The position numbers were made by a program, and so were the translations under genes. This document shows, one piece after another, positions 45,291 to 54,341 of a stretch of 61,762 nucleotides of DNA. This DNA is from an uncultured bacterium (GTDB taxonomy: Bacteria > Verrucomicrobiota > Kiritimatiellia > RFP12 > UBA1067), in the NCBI GenBank assembly GCA_902761275.1, contig CACWJS010000018.1:1-61762 (forward strand). The letters are read 5' to 3'. Below the pieces are notes generated by a model that worked only from the letters and a program-made list of their open reading frames with translations, searched no databases and was not told the DNA's origin. How positions within the stretch are numbered: the stretch's first letter is position 1; the number at the start of each line of letters is the position of its first letter.

Positions 45291-45911
45291 ATGAAAAGAC
45301 GCGGGTTTACACTTATAGAAATACTTGTCGTGATTGGAATAATCGCGACGCTTATGGGCGTTATGATTGCGTCCGTCTCGACCTTCCTCAAGTCTGCTGA
45401 CAAGGCGCGTTGCCAAGAGCTCGTCTCAAACACGGCAACGGCGCTTGCCGCCTTGTTCCAGAAAGAGGGGGCGTGGCCGAGGGCGCTCATCAAGGGGCAC
45501 AACGGCAACAACCTCCTTGATGAAAATGCGGCGCTTCCGTTAGCCAAGGGCAAGTACATGACGCTTACCCAGAATAGTACGGGGACGAAGCTGTCCGGCT
45601 ACGATCGGTTTGGCATTGTCACTCCATGGGCGTTCAAAGTCATCAAGCAACACGGCTCGTCCACTACGTTGTCTACCAAGGTGCCAGGTGGAGGCACGAT
45701 CCAGGATCACATCCTCCACTATGCGCTCGACCTTGACGGCGACGGCGTGATCGAGGGGGCGCCAATTGGCGGCGAGTCCGTCAGCATTCGCGCGACGGCT
45801 GCCGTCTGGTGCTGTGGCAAGGACGGCAAGATCGAGGCCTACGCGGCAGGTTTGAAGACGGATGACATCTACAGCTGGACCATCGGGCAGACAAGGGAGG
45901 TGCAGAAGTGA
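45291..45911 (+). CDS. prepilin-type N-terminal domain protein (pseudopilin-like)
   Basis: MKRRGFTLIEILVVIGIIATL, plus an acidic DLDGDGVIEG loop. Confidence 0.75.
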   Translation: MKRRGFTLIEILVVIGIIATLMGVMIASVSTFLKSADKARCQELVSNTATALAALFQKEGAWPRALIKGHNGNNLLDENAALPLAKGKYMTLTQNSTGTKLSGYDRFGIVTPWAFKVIKQHGSSTTLSTKVPGGGTIQDHILHYALDLDGDGVIEGAPIGGESVSIRATAAVWCCGKDGKIEAYAAGLKTDDIYSWTIGQTREVQK

Positions 45912-46531
45912 GGCGCGGCTTCACCATCATCGAACTCGTGATGGTAGTCGCGATCCTGGGGATACTTCTCGGGATCGTGACGACGGCGGCTGCGGGTGCG
46001 ATAAGGCAGGCGCGCTCGAAGAAGGCCAGCGCCTGCTGCGCAATAGTCCAGGCTGCGTTCGAGACATACTATGCGCAGAAGGGCAAATGGCCTGGCGGCA
46101 TAGAGTCTAAGATCACAGGCGACAAGACCAACAGTGAAGGCCGGCAGGATCGTTCCGACGACGACCTGTACGTGCTCGACCCCGGCGACGTCGATGACAT
46201 GATGCGCGACATCCTGAGGGAATACAAGAACGGCAATCCCTGCCTGGATATCTCTGGGCTTTTCGTGTCGCGCAGCTCTTCGGCGCCGAGGAGCGAGCGG
46301 TGTCCAATATGCGGAGGAACGCGTTATTTCCCTGCCAAAGATGCGCTGGGGCTCGATTTCATGACGGCAATCAGAGGGACGAAGAAGGATGCGAATGGCC
46401 AGAGGATGACAACATCCCAGATGCACTTTGGGTATCCGCATAAGGTGGATGGGAAATTTATGCCGTTTAAGGTTACTTACTCAAAGCCAACGGATAGAAT
46501 GACGGTCGATCAATGGCACTGGGAACCGTAA
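45908..46531 (+). CDS. prepilin-type N-terminal domain protein (pseudopilin-like)
   Basis: The GTG start overlaps the upstream stop (GTGA). The N-terminus is MRRGFTIIELVMVVAILGIL. Confidence 0.7.
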   Translation: MRRGFTIIELVMVVAILGILLGIVTTAAAGAIRQARSKKASACCAIVQAAFETYYAQKGKWPGGIESKITGDKTNSEGRQDRSDDDLYVLDPGDVDDMMRDILREYKNGNPCLDISGLFVSRSSSAPRSERCPICGGTRYFPAKDALGLDFMTAIRGTKKDANGQRMTTSQMHFGYPHKVDGKFMPFKVTYSKPTDRMTVDQWHWEP

Positions 46532-47394
46532 TGAAAAGAAGCGCATTTACGCTTGTGGAGCTGCTCATGGTCGTGATGATCATGGGGCTCCTTGGCACTG
46601 TCACCGTCGGCGGCTATCGCGCTATGCAGCGCGGCATGGAGGAGCGCGGCGTGATGGAGAACGTCAACCATTTCATCCGCGCCGCGTACCGCCGCGCTCA
46701 GATAGATCGACAGCCTGTAGCCGTATACTTCTGGAACGAGACGCTCCGCGAGGAAACCGACACCGAGCCAATCATAGTCGTCGGCAAGGCCGTTGCCGTA
46801 CGTCGCGCCGGACGTGTCTCCCGTTGCTTCGATTCGTGGCTCTATGACGAGTTCGGCGATCTTGAAAAGGATCGGCTTGTCGTGTCTGCCGACGACGAGG
46901 ACAGCGAGAACGCCAATAGCGGTTCCACCGAGAAAGACAATCTCGTACCGCTCTACAAAATGAACTCACGGACAAGCAACGGACGTTCTCTCGTCAGCCA
47001 GACGACGAAGAACGTGACGTCCAACAACAGGGACCAGCTCCTTTCCTCTGGCGAGGCGAAGGACATATCGTGTTATGCCTACGTGTTGAAAAGCGCTGGA
47101 ACCGCAGGGGAGTGGCATGTCGGAGACGCTTACGGACTTGAGTTCGCAGAGATACAGCTCCCCCATGGCTATCTCTTCGGCAGCTCCTACCACGAGCGGC
47201 CTCAGGACAAGACTTCGGCGGGTGACTACAAGACGATGTGGTTCGACGTAAGTCTCAACTCTGGCGACGGCGCTGATCAGGGAGCTTCCGGCATGTCTAC
47301 GATACAGGTATACAGCCTTCGCCCTGGAAAGTCTGGCGAAGTCGAGGCGAAGCCGGTAGCGACAACCGACAAGCCCACGGAGGGTCTGCACTGA
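46531..47394 (+). CDS. prepilin-type N-terminal domain protein (pseudopilin-like)
   Basis: MKRSAFTLVELLMVVMIMGLL, with a TAATG overlap. Confidence 0.7.
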   Translation: MKRSAFTLVELLMVVMIMGLLGTVTVGGYRAMQRGMEERGVMENVNHFIRAAYRRAQIDRQPVAVYFWNETLREETDTEPIIVVGKAVAVRRAGRVSRCFDSWLYDEFGDLEKDRLVVSADDEDSENANSGSTEKDNLVPLYKMNSRTSNGRSLVSQTTKNVTSNNRDQLLSSGEAKDISCYAYVLKSAGTAGEWHVGDAYGLEFAEIQLPHGYLFGSSYHERPQDKTSAGDYKTMWFDVSLNSGDGADQGASGMSTIQVYSLRPGKSGEVEAKPVATTDKPTEGLH

Positions 47395-47945
47395 TGAAAA
47401 GGGCCTTTACTCTCATCGAGGTCAACCTCGCCATAATGGTCATGGCGGTAGGCATCTTGGGCATAATCTCGCTTTACGCCTTCGGTTTTCGCGAGGAGCG
47501 CCAGAGCCGCGAAGATGTCGCTTCGGCCGCCTACGCCGACGCCGTAATGGGTCCGCTTGTGACGGCGCTCACCGCCACGAACGTCAAATGGTCGGCATTC
47601 AGGAAGCTTCCCAACTCTCCCGGCGAATACGGTTGGGGCCACTATCTTGAAAACCGTTCGACCGGCAAGGTGGTGTCCAATCCCGAGGGCCTTGCGCAAT
47701 CGGCATATACGCGCACCATAAGCGCCCTCAACATTGGCGAGGGCTTCCCGTCGGGGTTCCAGGTGCCCAGGCAGAAGGCAGGCAACCTAAAGGCGGCGCT
47801 CGTCGTGATGCACGACGAGGACAGCGCGATAGTCCGCATTTCGTTCAGGGCGGTTGACAAGTCTAATCTCCTCTTTGCCGCGCCGCTCTACTACACCGAG
47901 GCGAGATTCCAGGGGATCATCGACGGGGAAGGGGGCGGCGAATGA
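47394..47945 (+). CDS. prepilin-type N-terminal domain protein (minor pseudopilin-like)
   Basis: MKRAFTLIEVNLAIMVMAVGIL, with a TGATG overlap. Confidence 0.7.
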   Translation: MKRAFTLIEVNLAIMVMAVGILGIISLYAFGFREERQSREDVASAAYADAVMGPLVTALTATNVKWSAFRKLPNSPGEYGWGHYLENRSTGKVVSNPEGLAQSAYTRTISALNIGEGFPSGFQVPRQKAGNLKAALVVMHDEDSAIVRISFRAVDKSNLLFAAPLYYTEARFQGIIDGEGGGE

Positions 47946-48451
47946 GACGCGGGTTCACCATACTCGAACTCCTTGTCGCGGCGCTTCTTCTCGGAATGCT
48001 CGTGACGGTGCTTACCATGGTCTTCAATCAGTCGTCAATCGCCTGGCGCACCGGTGTTGCAGGGCTTCTCGATATGGACGAGGTGCGCGACAATGTCGCT
48101 GCCGTTCGCGACGAGGCGGACAGCATCTACATCTGGAACAACGAGCTTCATCGCACGTTGTCGATCTGGAAAGAGGATGGTTCCGGCTCGCGGCCGCAGC
48201 TTAGGAAGCGTGCCGTTGACTCTGCGGACAACTCAGACGTCGAAGAACGGTCAAAGGTGCAGTATCTCAAGGGCCAAGGCGGGCTAACGCAGGACAATCT
48301 CAAGCCAAAGGACTCTTTCGGGCCGGTGGATGTCAAGCAGAGCGAGTCACAGTCTGGCAGGAACTGGATCGTGAACGTCAAGAGCCGCGGTCCCAACGGC
48401 GTTCTCAACGACTACGACGACATTTGGAGCAATCCCGATGACTTCGAATAA
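47942..48451 (+). CDS. prepilin-type N-terminal domain protein (minor pseudopilin-like)
   Basis: MRRGFTILELLVAALLLGML, with an ATGA overlap. Confidence 0.7.
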   Translation: MRRGFTILELLVAALLLGMLVTVLTMVFNQSSIAWRTGVAGLLDMDEVRDNVAAVRDEADSIYIWNNELHRTLSIWKEDGSGSRPQLRKRAVDSADNSDVEERSKVQYLKGQGGLTQDNLKPKDSFGPVDVKQSESQSGRNWIVNVKSRGPNGVLNDYDDIWSNPDDFE

Positions 48452-48899
48452 GAGAGGTTTTACGCTTGTCGAGCTAATTGTCGTGATCGCCATGATCGCG
48501 GTGTTCATGGCATCCGTCGGCGTGGCAGTCGGCAAGACGCGCGAGCGCGCTCGCATCGAGAAAGCGAGGAGCGAGGTCAAGGTTATATCCCAGGCGATTC
48601 TCGCGTGGGAGAACTATTCCCGCAGCGGCAAGCACGAGCTTATGGAGATGAGTGACGTTGAAGCCGACTCATCCTCGCTTTCATTCCTGCTTGGCCAGGG
48701 CGAGAGCGCGACTTCCGGGAACATCCCCTCGCTTATCATGGCAGCGCTTTCTGCAGGCGGGAAGATGCGCGATCCGTGGAACAGGCCATATCTCCTGCGC
48801 ATTAAGGAAGGAAAGATAGACCGGCCCGAGAACCTTGACCTTGGGACATGCTATTTCCTTCCAAATCTCTATCGGCTTTCAGAGGAGGAACGCAGATGA
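48438..48899 (+). CDS. gspG: major pseudopilin, GspG-like
   Basis: KRGFTLVELIVVIAMIAV is followed by the RERARIEKARSEVKVISQAILAW helix and a DPWNRPY motif resembling GspG DPWGNPY. Confidence 0.6.
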   Translation: MTSNKRGFTLVELIVVIAMIAVFMASVGVAVGKTRERARIEKARSEVKVISQAILAWENYSRSGKHELMEMSDVEADSSSLSFLLGQGESATSGNIPSLIMAALSAGGKMRDPWNRPYLLRIKEGKIDRPENLDLGTCYFLPNLYRLSEEERR

Positions 48900-51800
48900 A
48901 AAGAAACGGCTCTGCTCTCCTGATAGTGCTTGGTGTCCTTTCGTTTCTCGTGGTGTCCGCCGTCGCATTCTCCGCCTACATGCGCCGTTCGCGGCTTCCC
49001 TCGAGCTACCTGCGCCGCTCCGTGGCCGCGCGTGAGCTCGCGAAGGGCGCGCTTGCCCATGTCATAGACGAGATTGACCACGCCATCGCGAACGGCGCGC
49101 ATCCCGGCATAGGCGGAACGTCCGCGAACACTTGGCGCGACCGCATCTTCTTTAGGGGAGGTGACGAGCAGGAGGTCTCCCAGACTGCGCCGACGTTGAC
49201 GTTCGAGGGTCTCGCCTACATTCCGCCGCCCCTTGTCAACGAGGCGCGCTACTGGTCTCGCAAGACCCCGACTGCGGTGTGGAAGTCTTTCGGTTACGAC
49301 ACCGGTCGATTCGCATATTGCGCAATCGACGTTTCCGACTACTTCGACGTAAATCGACTCGTTGCCGACTATCCGCGCTCCTCGGCCGCGAATCGTCGCG
49401 TCACCATCGCGCATCTTTTTGAGGATGCGAACCACAGGAGCGCTCCGTCTGGCGCCGACGCATGGGACAAGTTCATGGAGCAGTTCCGCGATATCGACGA
49501 CGAATCCCTCGAAATACGTTTTGACTCCAATTCCAAGATGCCGCTTATTTCGCTTGCCGACTTTAACCTCGCCCTTGGCGACCATGGTTCCATAGGCAGG
49601 ATCAAGAGTCCCTTCGTCGAATACCTGAAAGCGGGAACAGGTGCGTTTTATCCAGGTGACGGGACTGCGCAGAGCGAAGCATACGCCGCGATGACGTTTG
49701 TTACTGACGGCTGGTTCCCCAAGGAGGCCAGAAGGAACGGCAATGCCGCGATTGAGACATATGACCTCGCCGATAGCCGCTACCAGCCATTCAGGATGAC
49801 GGATCTCAAAAAGGGCGGTCCGCTTACGCTTTCGCGCACCACTTCGCTATATAAGACGCAAGTTGCGCCAAGCACGGAGTCCAAGACATGGTACGACCGG
49901 CTTTGCGGTCTCGGAATGACCGCCCTCGCCGACTATCTCGACGCCGATCGCATTCCGATGTCTCTTGCCGTGCCTACGGCCGAGCGTGTGCCGATGATCT
50001 GCGGGGTGGAGCCGAAGTTCGCACAACCTTTGTCGTTCGGTGTCACAAAGACCGTTGGGGATCCCACCGGCTGGAACGGCAGCTCGCTTCCTCCGGACAA
50101 CAGCCAGATTACGGAGCGCAAGGTTGAGCAGATCGTTCGCTGGTCGGTAAAGCCCGATGGCATCGCCCAGGCGTTTCAGGGCGGACGCATCCACGCGCTC
50201 GTTGCATATCCGTTTCTCCATAAGGACGAATCCGACAATTCCAATTGGACGCTTGACGGCAAGCTTGCATTGTTTTTCACTTCGGAGACAGCGGCCCCAT
50301 TCAGGACCAATAATGATTCAGATGCGCTCCATATGAAGACCGCCACGCTTCCAGACACCGGTATCGACGTGGGCACAGGCGTGATTACCGTCAAGCTCGA
50401 AGGCAAAAGTCCGAATTTTCCCGACAAGATAATTGACGAGAAGGGGGCTGTCTGGGAGGGCGATCTTGATCTTCGCGCAGGTGTCAGGATTGCCACTGAT
50501 CTTGCGAGTCCCGGCAACGAACTGCTGAAGGTGACATACCAGTGGACACAGACGCGCGAGCAGAAGCCACAGGGTGGCTTCACTGAATGGAAGCCGACGC
50601 TCGCCGAGGTGCAGGCTGACCCCGCAGGATGCGGGGCCACGCTCAAGGCGCACACCGCTCTTCCGGCGCTGAGCGGTAATGCAGGTAGCATCGGCTCTAC
50701 TGACGCGGATTTCACCGACGATGGCCTTGCGGCGAAGCTTGCTGCGGATCCGAACTGGGAAAAGAAAGTCTATCTAAATGTTGCAGTGTGGCTGCGCATA
50801 AAGGATGCCGACGGCAAGGTGGTGGACATGGTTCCGGCGAGCATTGCCGACGACGTTATACAGAATTCTGTAAACGATCCGACGCTTGGACTGTTGCTCA
50901 GGGGCTCACAGGCACTGGACGGTTCGCAGTGGCCGCTCCTCAAGTTCAAGACGGGCATCGACTTCGATTTCGGCATAGGGGGCTTGAAGAGCCTTGAGAA
51001 CACGCCTGTGGAGATGGCGCTTTCCCCGGTTGCGGTCATGGTGCCGGATCCTCGCCACAATCACGCGCCGGAGAATTGGTATGCAGTGACGGACGGCAAC
51101 ATCACAAAGGACAAGTGGCTTGAGACAAACCTTTCAGGTGACGACGATACCCGCGATGGAGACATCTTTATGGCGACGAGCGATGCCGGGTATCTCCAGT
51201 CCATCTACGAGCTTGCGTTCCTGCCTCGATTCACCGATCTCGTTACAGTTGGAAATTACGGCAACTCCGGCAACTACAATGTTCCGCAGAATGGCTGGAA
51301 CGGCAATGAATACGCAGCTGACGCGGGGCACACGCTCAACGAAAAGTTTATGTGGCGGACGTACGACCCCGTGGGCGACAACAAGGTGGCGTTCGAGAAT
51401 TTGCCTTTCACGAGCGAGGGGACTGGCATGAAGGTCAACCCATATTCCGACTCCACGAACGTTCTGATGGCGGCGTTCGCCAACACGCCGGTAGACTGGC
51501 GGCGCTCGTCAACGAACGCAATGGAAGGGGCAACAGACTACGCGACGATGTCTGTCGCGGACTTCAACAAGAAATATGCCTGGAATGAATATTCCACTGG
51601 CGGTGCGTTTGCGTGGGGGGATCTCAGGAAAGTCGCCGGGAAGTTCATGGATCTTGTGCGTCAAAATCCAGGATGGAAGGACGCCTGGAACAACATTGAC
51701 TGGTATGACTTGTGCAGTGACGGCAATGTGTTTCCCGACGTGCCGATGGATGATGGCACCGATGACCTGTGGGACGTCGACAGGAAGTTCCTCTATGGCT

Positions 51801-52015
51801 TCTGGCGCGACTGCTTTGCCGCAAGGCAGCAGCTGTTCCTTATATTCGTTCGCGCCGAGCCGCTTATGCTTGGCGGTGGAACCGCCGACCAGCTTCCGCC
51901 GCAGCTCGGTGCCCGTGCGGTTGCGCTCGTATGGCGCGACCCTGCAACGCCCGCCGCGGCTACCACAGGATATCCTCACCGTACACGAATCCTATTTTAT
52001 CGTCCACTCGACTGA
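48896..52015 (+). CDS. giant (1039 aa) GspK-like pseudopilin-tip protein
   Basis: The ATGA overlap places the start at 48896. The N-terminus MKRNGSALLIVLGVLSFLVVSAVAF lacks the Glu at +5, which is the GspK-type pattern. The remainder is unrecognised. Confidence 0.55.
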   Translation: MKRNGSALLIVLGVLSFLVVSAVAFSAYMRRSRLPSSYLRRSVAARELAKGALAHVIDEIDHAIANGAHPGIGGTSANTWRDRIFFRGGDEQEVSQTAPTLTFEGLAYIPPPLVNEARYWSRKTPTAVWKSFGYDTGRFAYCAIDVSDYFDVNRLVADYPRSSAANRRVTIAHLFEDANHRSAPSGADAWDKFMEQFRDIDDESLEIRFDSNSKMPLISLADFNLALGDHGSIGRIKSPFVEYLKAGTGAFYPGDGTAQSEAYAAMTFVTDGWFPKEARRNGNAAIETYDLADSRYQPFRMTDLKKGGPLTLSRTTSLYKTQVAPSTESKTWYDRLCGLGMTALADYLDADRIPMSLAVPTAERVPMICGVEPKFAQPLSFGVTKTVGDPTGWNGSSLPPDNSQITERKVEQIVRWSVKPDGIAQAFQGGRIHALVAYPFLHKDESDNSNWTLDGKLALFFTSETAAPFRTNNDSDALHMKTATLPDTGIDVGTGVITVKLEGKSPNFPDKIIDEKGAVWEGDLDLRAGVRIATDLASPGNELLKVTYQWTQTREQKPQGGFTEWKPTLAEVQADPAGCGATLKAHTALPALSGNAGSIGSTDADFTDDGLAAKLAADPNWEKKVYLNVAVWLRIKDADGKVVDMVPASIADDVIQNSVNDPTLGLLLRGSQALDGSQWPLLKFKTGIDFDFGIGGLKSLENTPVEMALSPVAVMVPDPRHNHAPENWYAVTDGNITKDKWLETNLSGDDDTRDGDIFMATSDAGYLQSIYELAFLPRFTDLVTVGNYGNSGNYNVPQNGWNGNEYAADAGHTLNEKFMWRTYDPVGDNKVAFENLPFTSEGTGMKVNPYSDSTNVLMAAFANTPVDWRRSSTNAMEGATDYATMSVADFNKKYAWNEYSTGGAFAWGDLRKVAGKFMDLVRQNPGWKDAWNNIDWYDLCSDGNVFPDVPMDDGTDDLWDVDRKFLYGFWRDCFAARQQLFLIFVRAEPLMLGGGTADQLPPQLGARAVALVWRDPATPAAATTGYPHRTRILFYRPLD

Positions 52016-52022
52016 CAACAAT

Positions 52023-52943
52023 ATGAAAAAGGCATTTACACTCATCGAGCTCATTGTAGTCGTAGGCATAATCGTTGTCCTAGTGGGCACGCTTGTCGCG
52101 ACAATGTCCCGTGGAACCGATGCCGCGCGTGCTGCGCGCTGCCTGACGAATCTCAAGAACCTGGCGAATGCCTGCAATTCTTACGCGATGGCAAGTTCGC
52201 ACTATCCGCTCGCTGGATCGGTTGAGACGCGTTCCCTTGATAGGAGCGGTTCCAACGCCAGCGAGGTAAAGCATCAGTTTACGGAGTCGCGTGGCTGGAT
52301 CAGCTGGAACTCGCGTGGCGCGTACCAGGGCAAGAGCTCTTCTCATGCGGCAAACGGCAGCTGGTTGACATCTTCGTATAACCAGGATTTCGATGCCCGC
52401 CAGCATGCTCTCACAAACGGAGCCGTTTGGCGGTACGTGTCTGAAAATGCAGACGTCTACATGTGTCCAGAGCATAGACGACTTATGCGTAAGCAGAATC
52501 CGCTTTGGAGCTACGTTATGAACGAACGCTTTGGATGCGACAAATCACAGGGCTCGAAGCCTATGCTACATGATCCGCACGCTCAATATGGGCACCTCTC
52601 TCGTCCTGATCGCGTTCTTATGTTTTCCGAGTTGCAGTTTCTTGACAACGACAAGGTCAAAGTCAGCACCGATCCTGGCCCTGGCATCAAGAACGACTGT
52701 ACGTTGCAGTACAGCCAGGACGAAGTAATAGGCTTCAACCACCCCAATGGCAAGCGTGGGATATTTGCCCACATGGTGTTCGCCGATGGGCACGTAGAGA
52801 AGCTTTCCATCCCCGCTTCGCCTTCTGCCAAGGGCTGGTCGGTTGCGCTTGGCAAGAACGAGCTTGAAGATTTGACTGAATGGCTGTGTACTGGCGAGGA
52901 CGTCTTTTTCAACGGTGCACGCTACGAAAAGCGCAAAGACTGA
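52023..52943 (+). CDS. prepilin-type N-terminal domain plus DUF1559 / H-X9-DG-like protein
   Basis: MKKAFTLIELIVVVGIIVVL is followed by ARAARCLTNLKNLANACNSYAM (DUF1559-like) and a C-terminal FADGHVEKL. Confidence 0.75.
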   Translation: MKKAFTLIELIVVVGIIVVLVGTLVATMSRGTDAARAARCLTNLKNLANACNSYAMASSHYPLAGSVETRSLDRSGSNASEVKHQFTESRGWISWNSRGAYQGKSSSHAANGSWLTSSYNQDFDARQHALTNGAVWRYVSENADVYMCPEHRRLMRKQNPLWSYVMNERFGCDKSQGSKPMLHDPHAQYGHLSRPDRVLMFSELQFLDNDKVKVSTDPGPGIKNDCTLQYSQDEVIGFNHPNGKRGIFAHMVFADGHVEKLSIPASPSAKGWSVALGKNELEDLTEWLCTGEDVFFNGARYEKRKD

Positions 52944-52947
52944 CGTG

Positions 52948-53547
52948 ATGATTTCGATAATGATAGTCGACGACCACCCGATGGTCAGGGAGGGCTTGGC
53001 CGCGATGCTCGAAAGCGAGCGCGACTTCAGCGTGAGCGCCCTTGCGGCGACTGGCGAGGAGGCGGTCGCCATCGCGGGGCTTTCGAAGCCGGACGTGGTC
53101 CTTAGCGACATCAGGATGCCAGGCATAGACGGCTTCGGCGTCCTTGCCAAGCTCCGAGAGCTTCATCCAGACATCCGAGTGCTTCTTATGGCGGGCATGC
53201 CGCTCAAGGAGGAGGAGTCGAGGGCGAGGGAAGAGGGCGCGAAAGGGTATCTCCCAAAGAACGTAGACCAGGACCGTCTCGTTGCCGCAATACGCGCAAT
53301 CGCCGCCGATGGGCCGGATTTTGTATGCGAAGAATTTCAAGCCGCGCCGTCGACGCTTACTGCCCGAGAACTCGACGTTCTCAAGGAAGTCGCAAGCGGA
53401 AAGCAGCGTGACGCGATTGCCGCTTCGCTTGGAATAGGCGCAGAGTCTGTGAAGACGCACTTGAAAGGCATTATGACGAAGCTCGGCTGTCCTAACGCGA
53501 CGAGCGCCGTCTCGCGGGCATACGAACTTGGCATTCTTCGGGCCTAA
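52948..53547 (+). CDS. NarL/LuxR-family response regulator (REC plus HTH)
   Basis: The REC domain has IMIVDDHPMVREGL, DVVLSDIRMPGIDG and KGYLPK. The HTH domain has LTARELDVLKEVASGKQRDAIAASLGIGAESVKTHLKGIMTKLG. The start may be 52945 (GTG), 52948 or 52960. Confidence 0.85.
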   Translation: MISIMIVDDHPMVREGLAAMLESERDFSVSALAATGEEAVAIAGLSKPDVVLSDIRMPGIDGFGVLAKLRELHPDIRVLLMAGMPLKEEESRAREEGAKGYLPKNVDQDRLVAAIRAIAADGPDFVCEEFQAAPSTLTARELDVLKEVASGKQRDAIAASLGIGAESVKTHLKGIMTKLGCPNATSAVSRAYELGILRA

Positions 53548-53561
53548 TACATAGGGAGGCT

Positions 53562-54341
53562 ATGAAAAAGGCGTTTCTCGTTCTTGTCGTACTTGTCGGC
53601 CTTTTGGTTGCCGCCGATCTCGTCATTGTCAAGTTCTGGCCTGACACGAAGGCTGGCGAATACGCCGTGGTCGGGCTCGACACCGCTGTGGCGTGGTATG
53701 GCGTTACGAAGGACTTCTGGGTCGAGCAGTGGCATCGCTTCCGTCCCGAGGAGCCCGAGGAGGCCGCTGCGGAAGAGCCCTCGGCCGCAGAGCCAGAGGA
53801 TGAGCCCGAAGAGGAGGCAAAGCCTGAAGAGCCGGAAAAGAGCGCCAAGCCGCCAAAGCCGGTCGTCGACCTCTCCAAGCCGTGGAAGGGGCTTGAGCCC
53901 GAGAACTGGTACTGCGGGAAGAAGCTTGCCGAGAGTTCGTTTGACGGGAAGATCGTCATGGTCTACGTGTTCAGCGAGTCGAGCGAGGACAGCGTGGCGC
54001 TTTTGCCGCGCATCGAGAACTTGTGGTCGGCGTACAAGTCGAAGCCGCTCGTCGTCCTTGGTTCGCATCGCGGCGGGAAATCCGCGAAGACCGAGAATCT
54101 CATAAAGAAGGCGAAGGTGACCTTCCCTGTCTACGAGGGCGCGGGGCGCACGCAGGAGCCCAGCGCTGGAGGCCGCTATCCGATTGTCTATGTAGTCGAT
54201 GACACGGGCCACATGATCTATCGCGGCCGCAGCGACCTCGAGGCGACCGAGGCAATCGTCACGGCGATTCCAAACGTCGGCAAGAGTTCCTCCATCGGCA
54301 AGAGCGCCAAGAGAGGCAAGCGCCGCAAGGGCGCGAAATGA
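53562..54341 (+). CDS. membrane-anchored thioredoxin-fold (TlpA/redoxin-like) protein lacking the CXXC motif
   Basis: A Shine-Dalgarno GGGAGG precedes the start. The protein has an N-terminal TM helix and an acidic EEP-rich linker. GKIVMVYVFSESSEDSVALLPRIENLWSAYKSKPLVVLGSH....VTFPVY matches the redoxin pattern, but the WCxxC position is SESSED. Confidence 0.6.
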   Translation: MKKAFLVLVVLVGLLVAADLVIVKFWPDTKAGEYAVVGLDTAVAWYGVTKDFWVEQWHRFRPEEPEEAAAEEPSAAEPEDEPEEEAKPEEPEKSAKPPKPVVDLSKPWKGLEPENWYCGKKLAESSFDGKIVMVYVFSESSEDSVALLPRIENLWSAYKSKPLVVLGSHRGGKSAKTENLIKKAKVTFPVYEGAGRTQEPSAGGRYPIVYVVDDTGHMIYRGRSDLEATEAIVTAIPNVGKSSSIGKSAKRGKRRKGAK

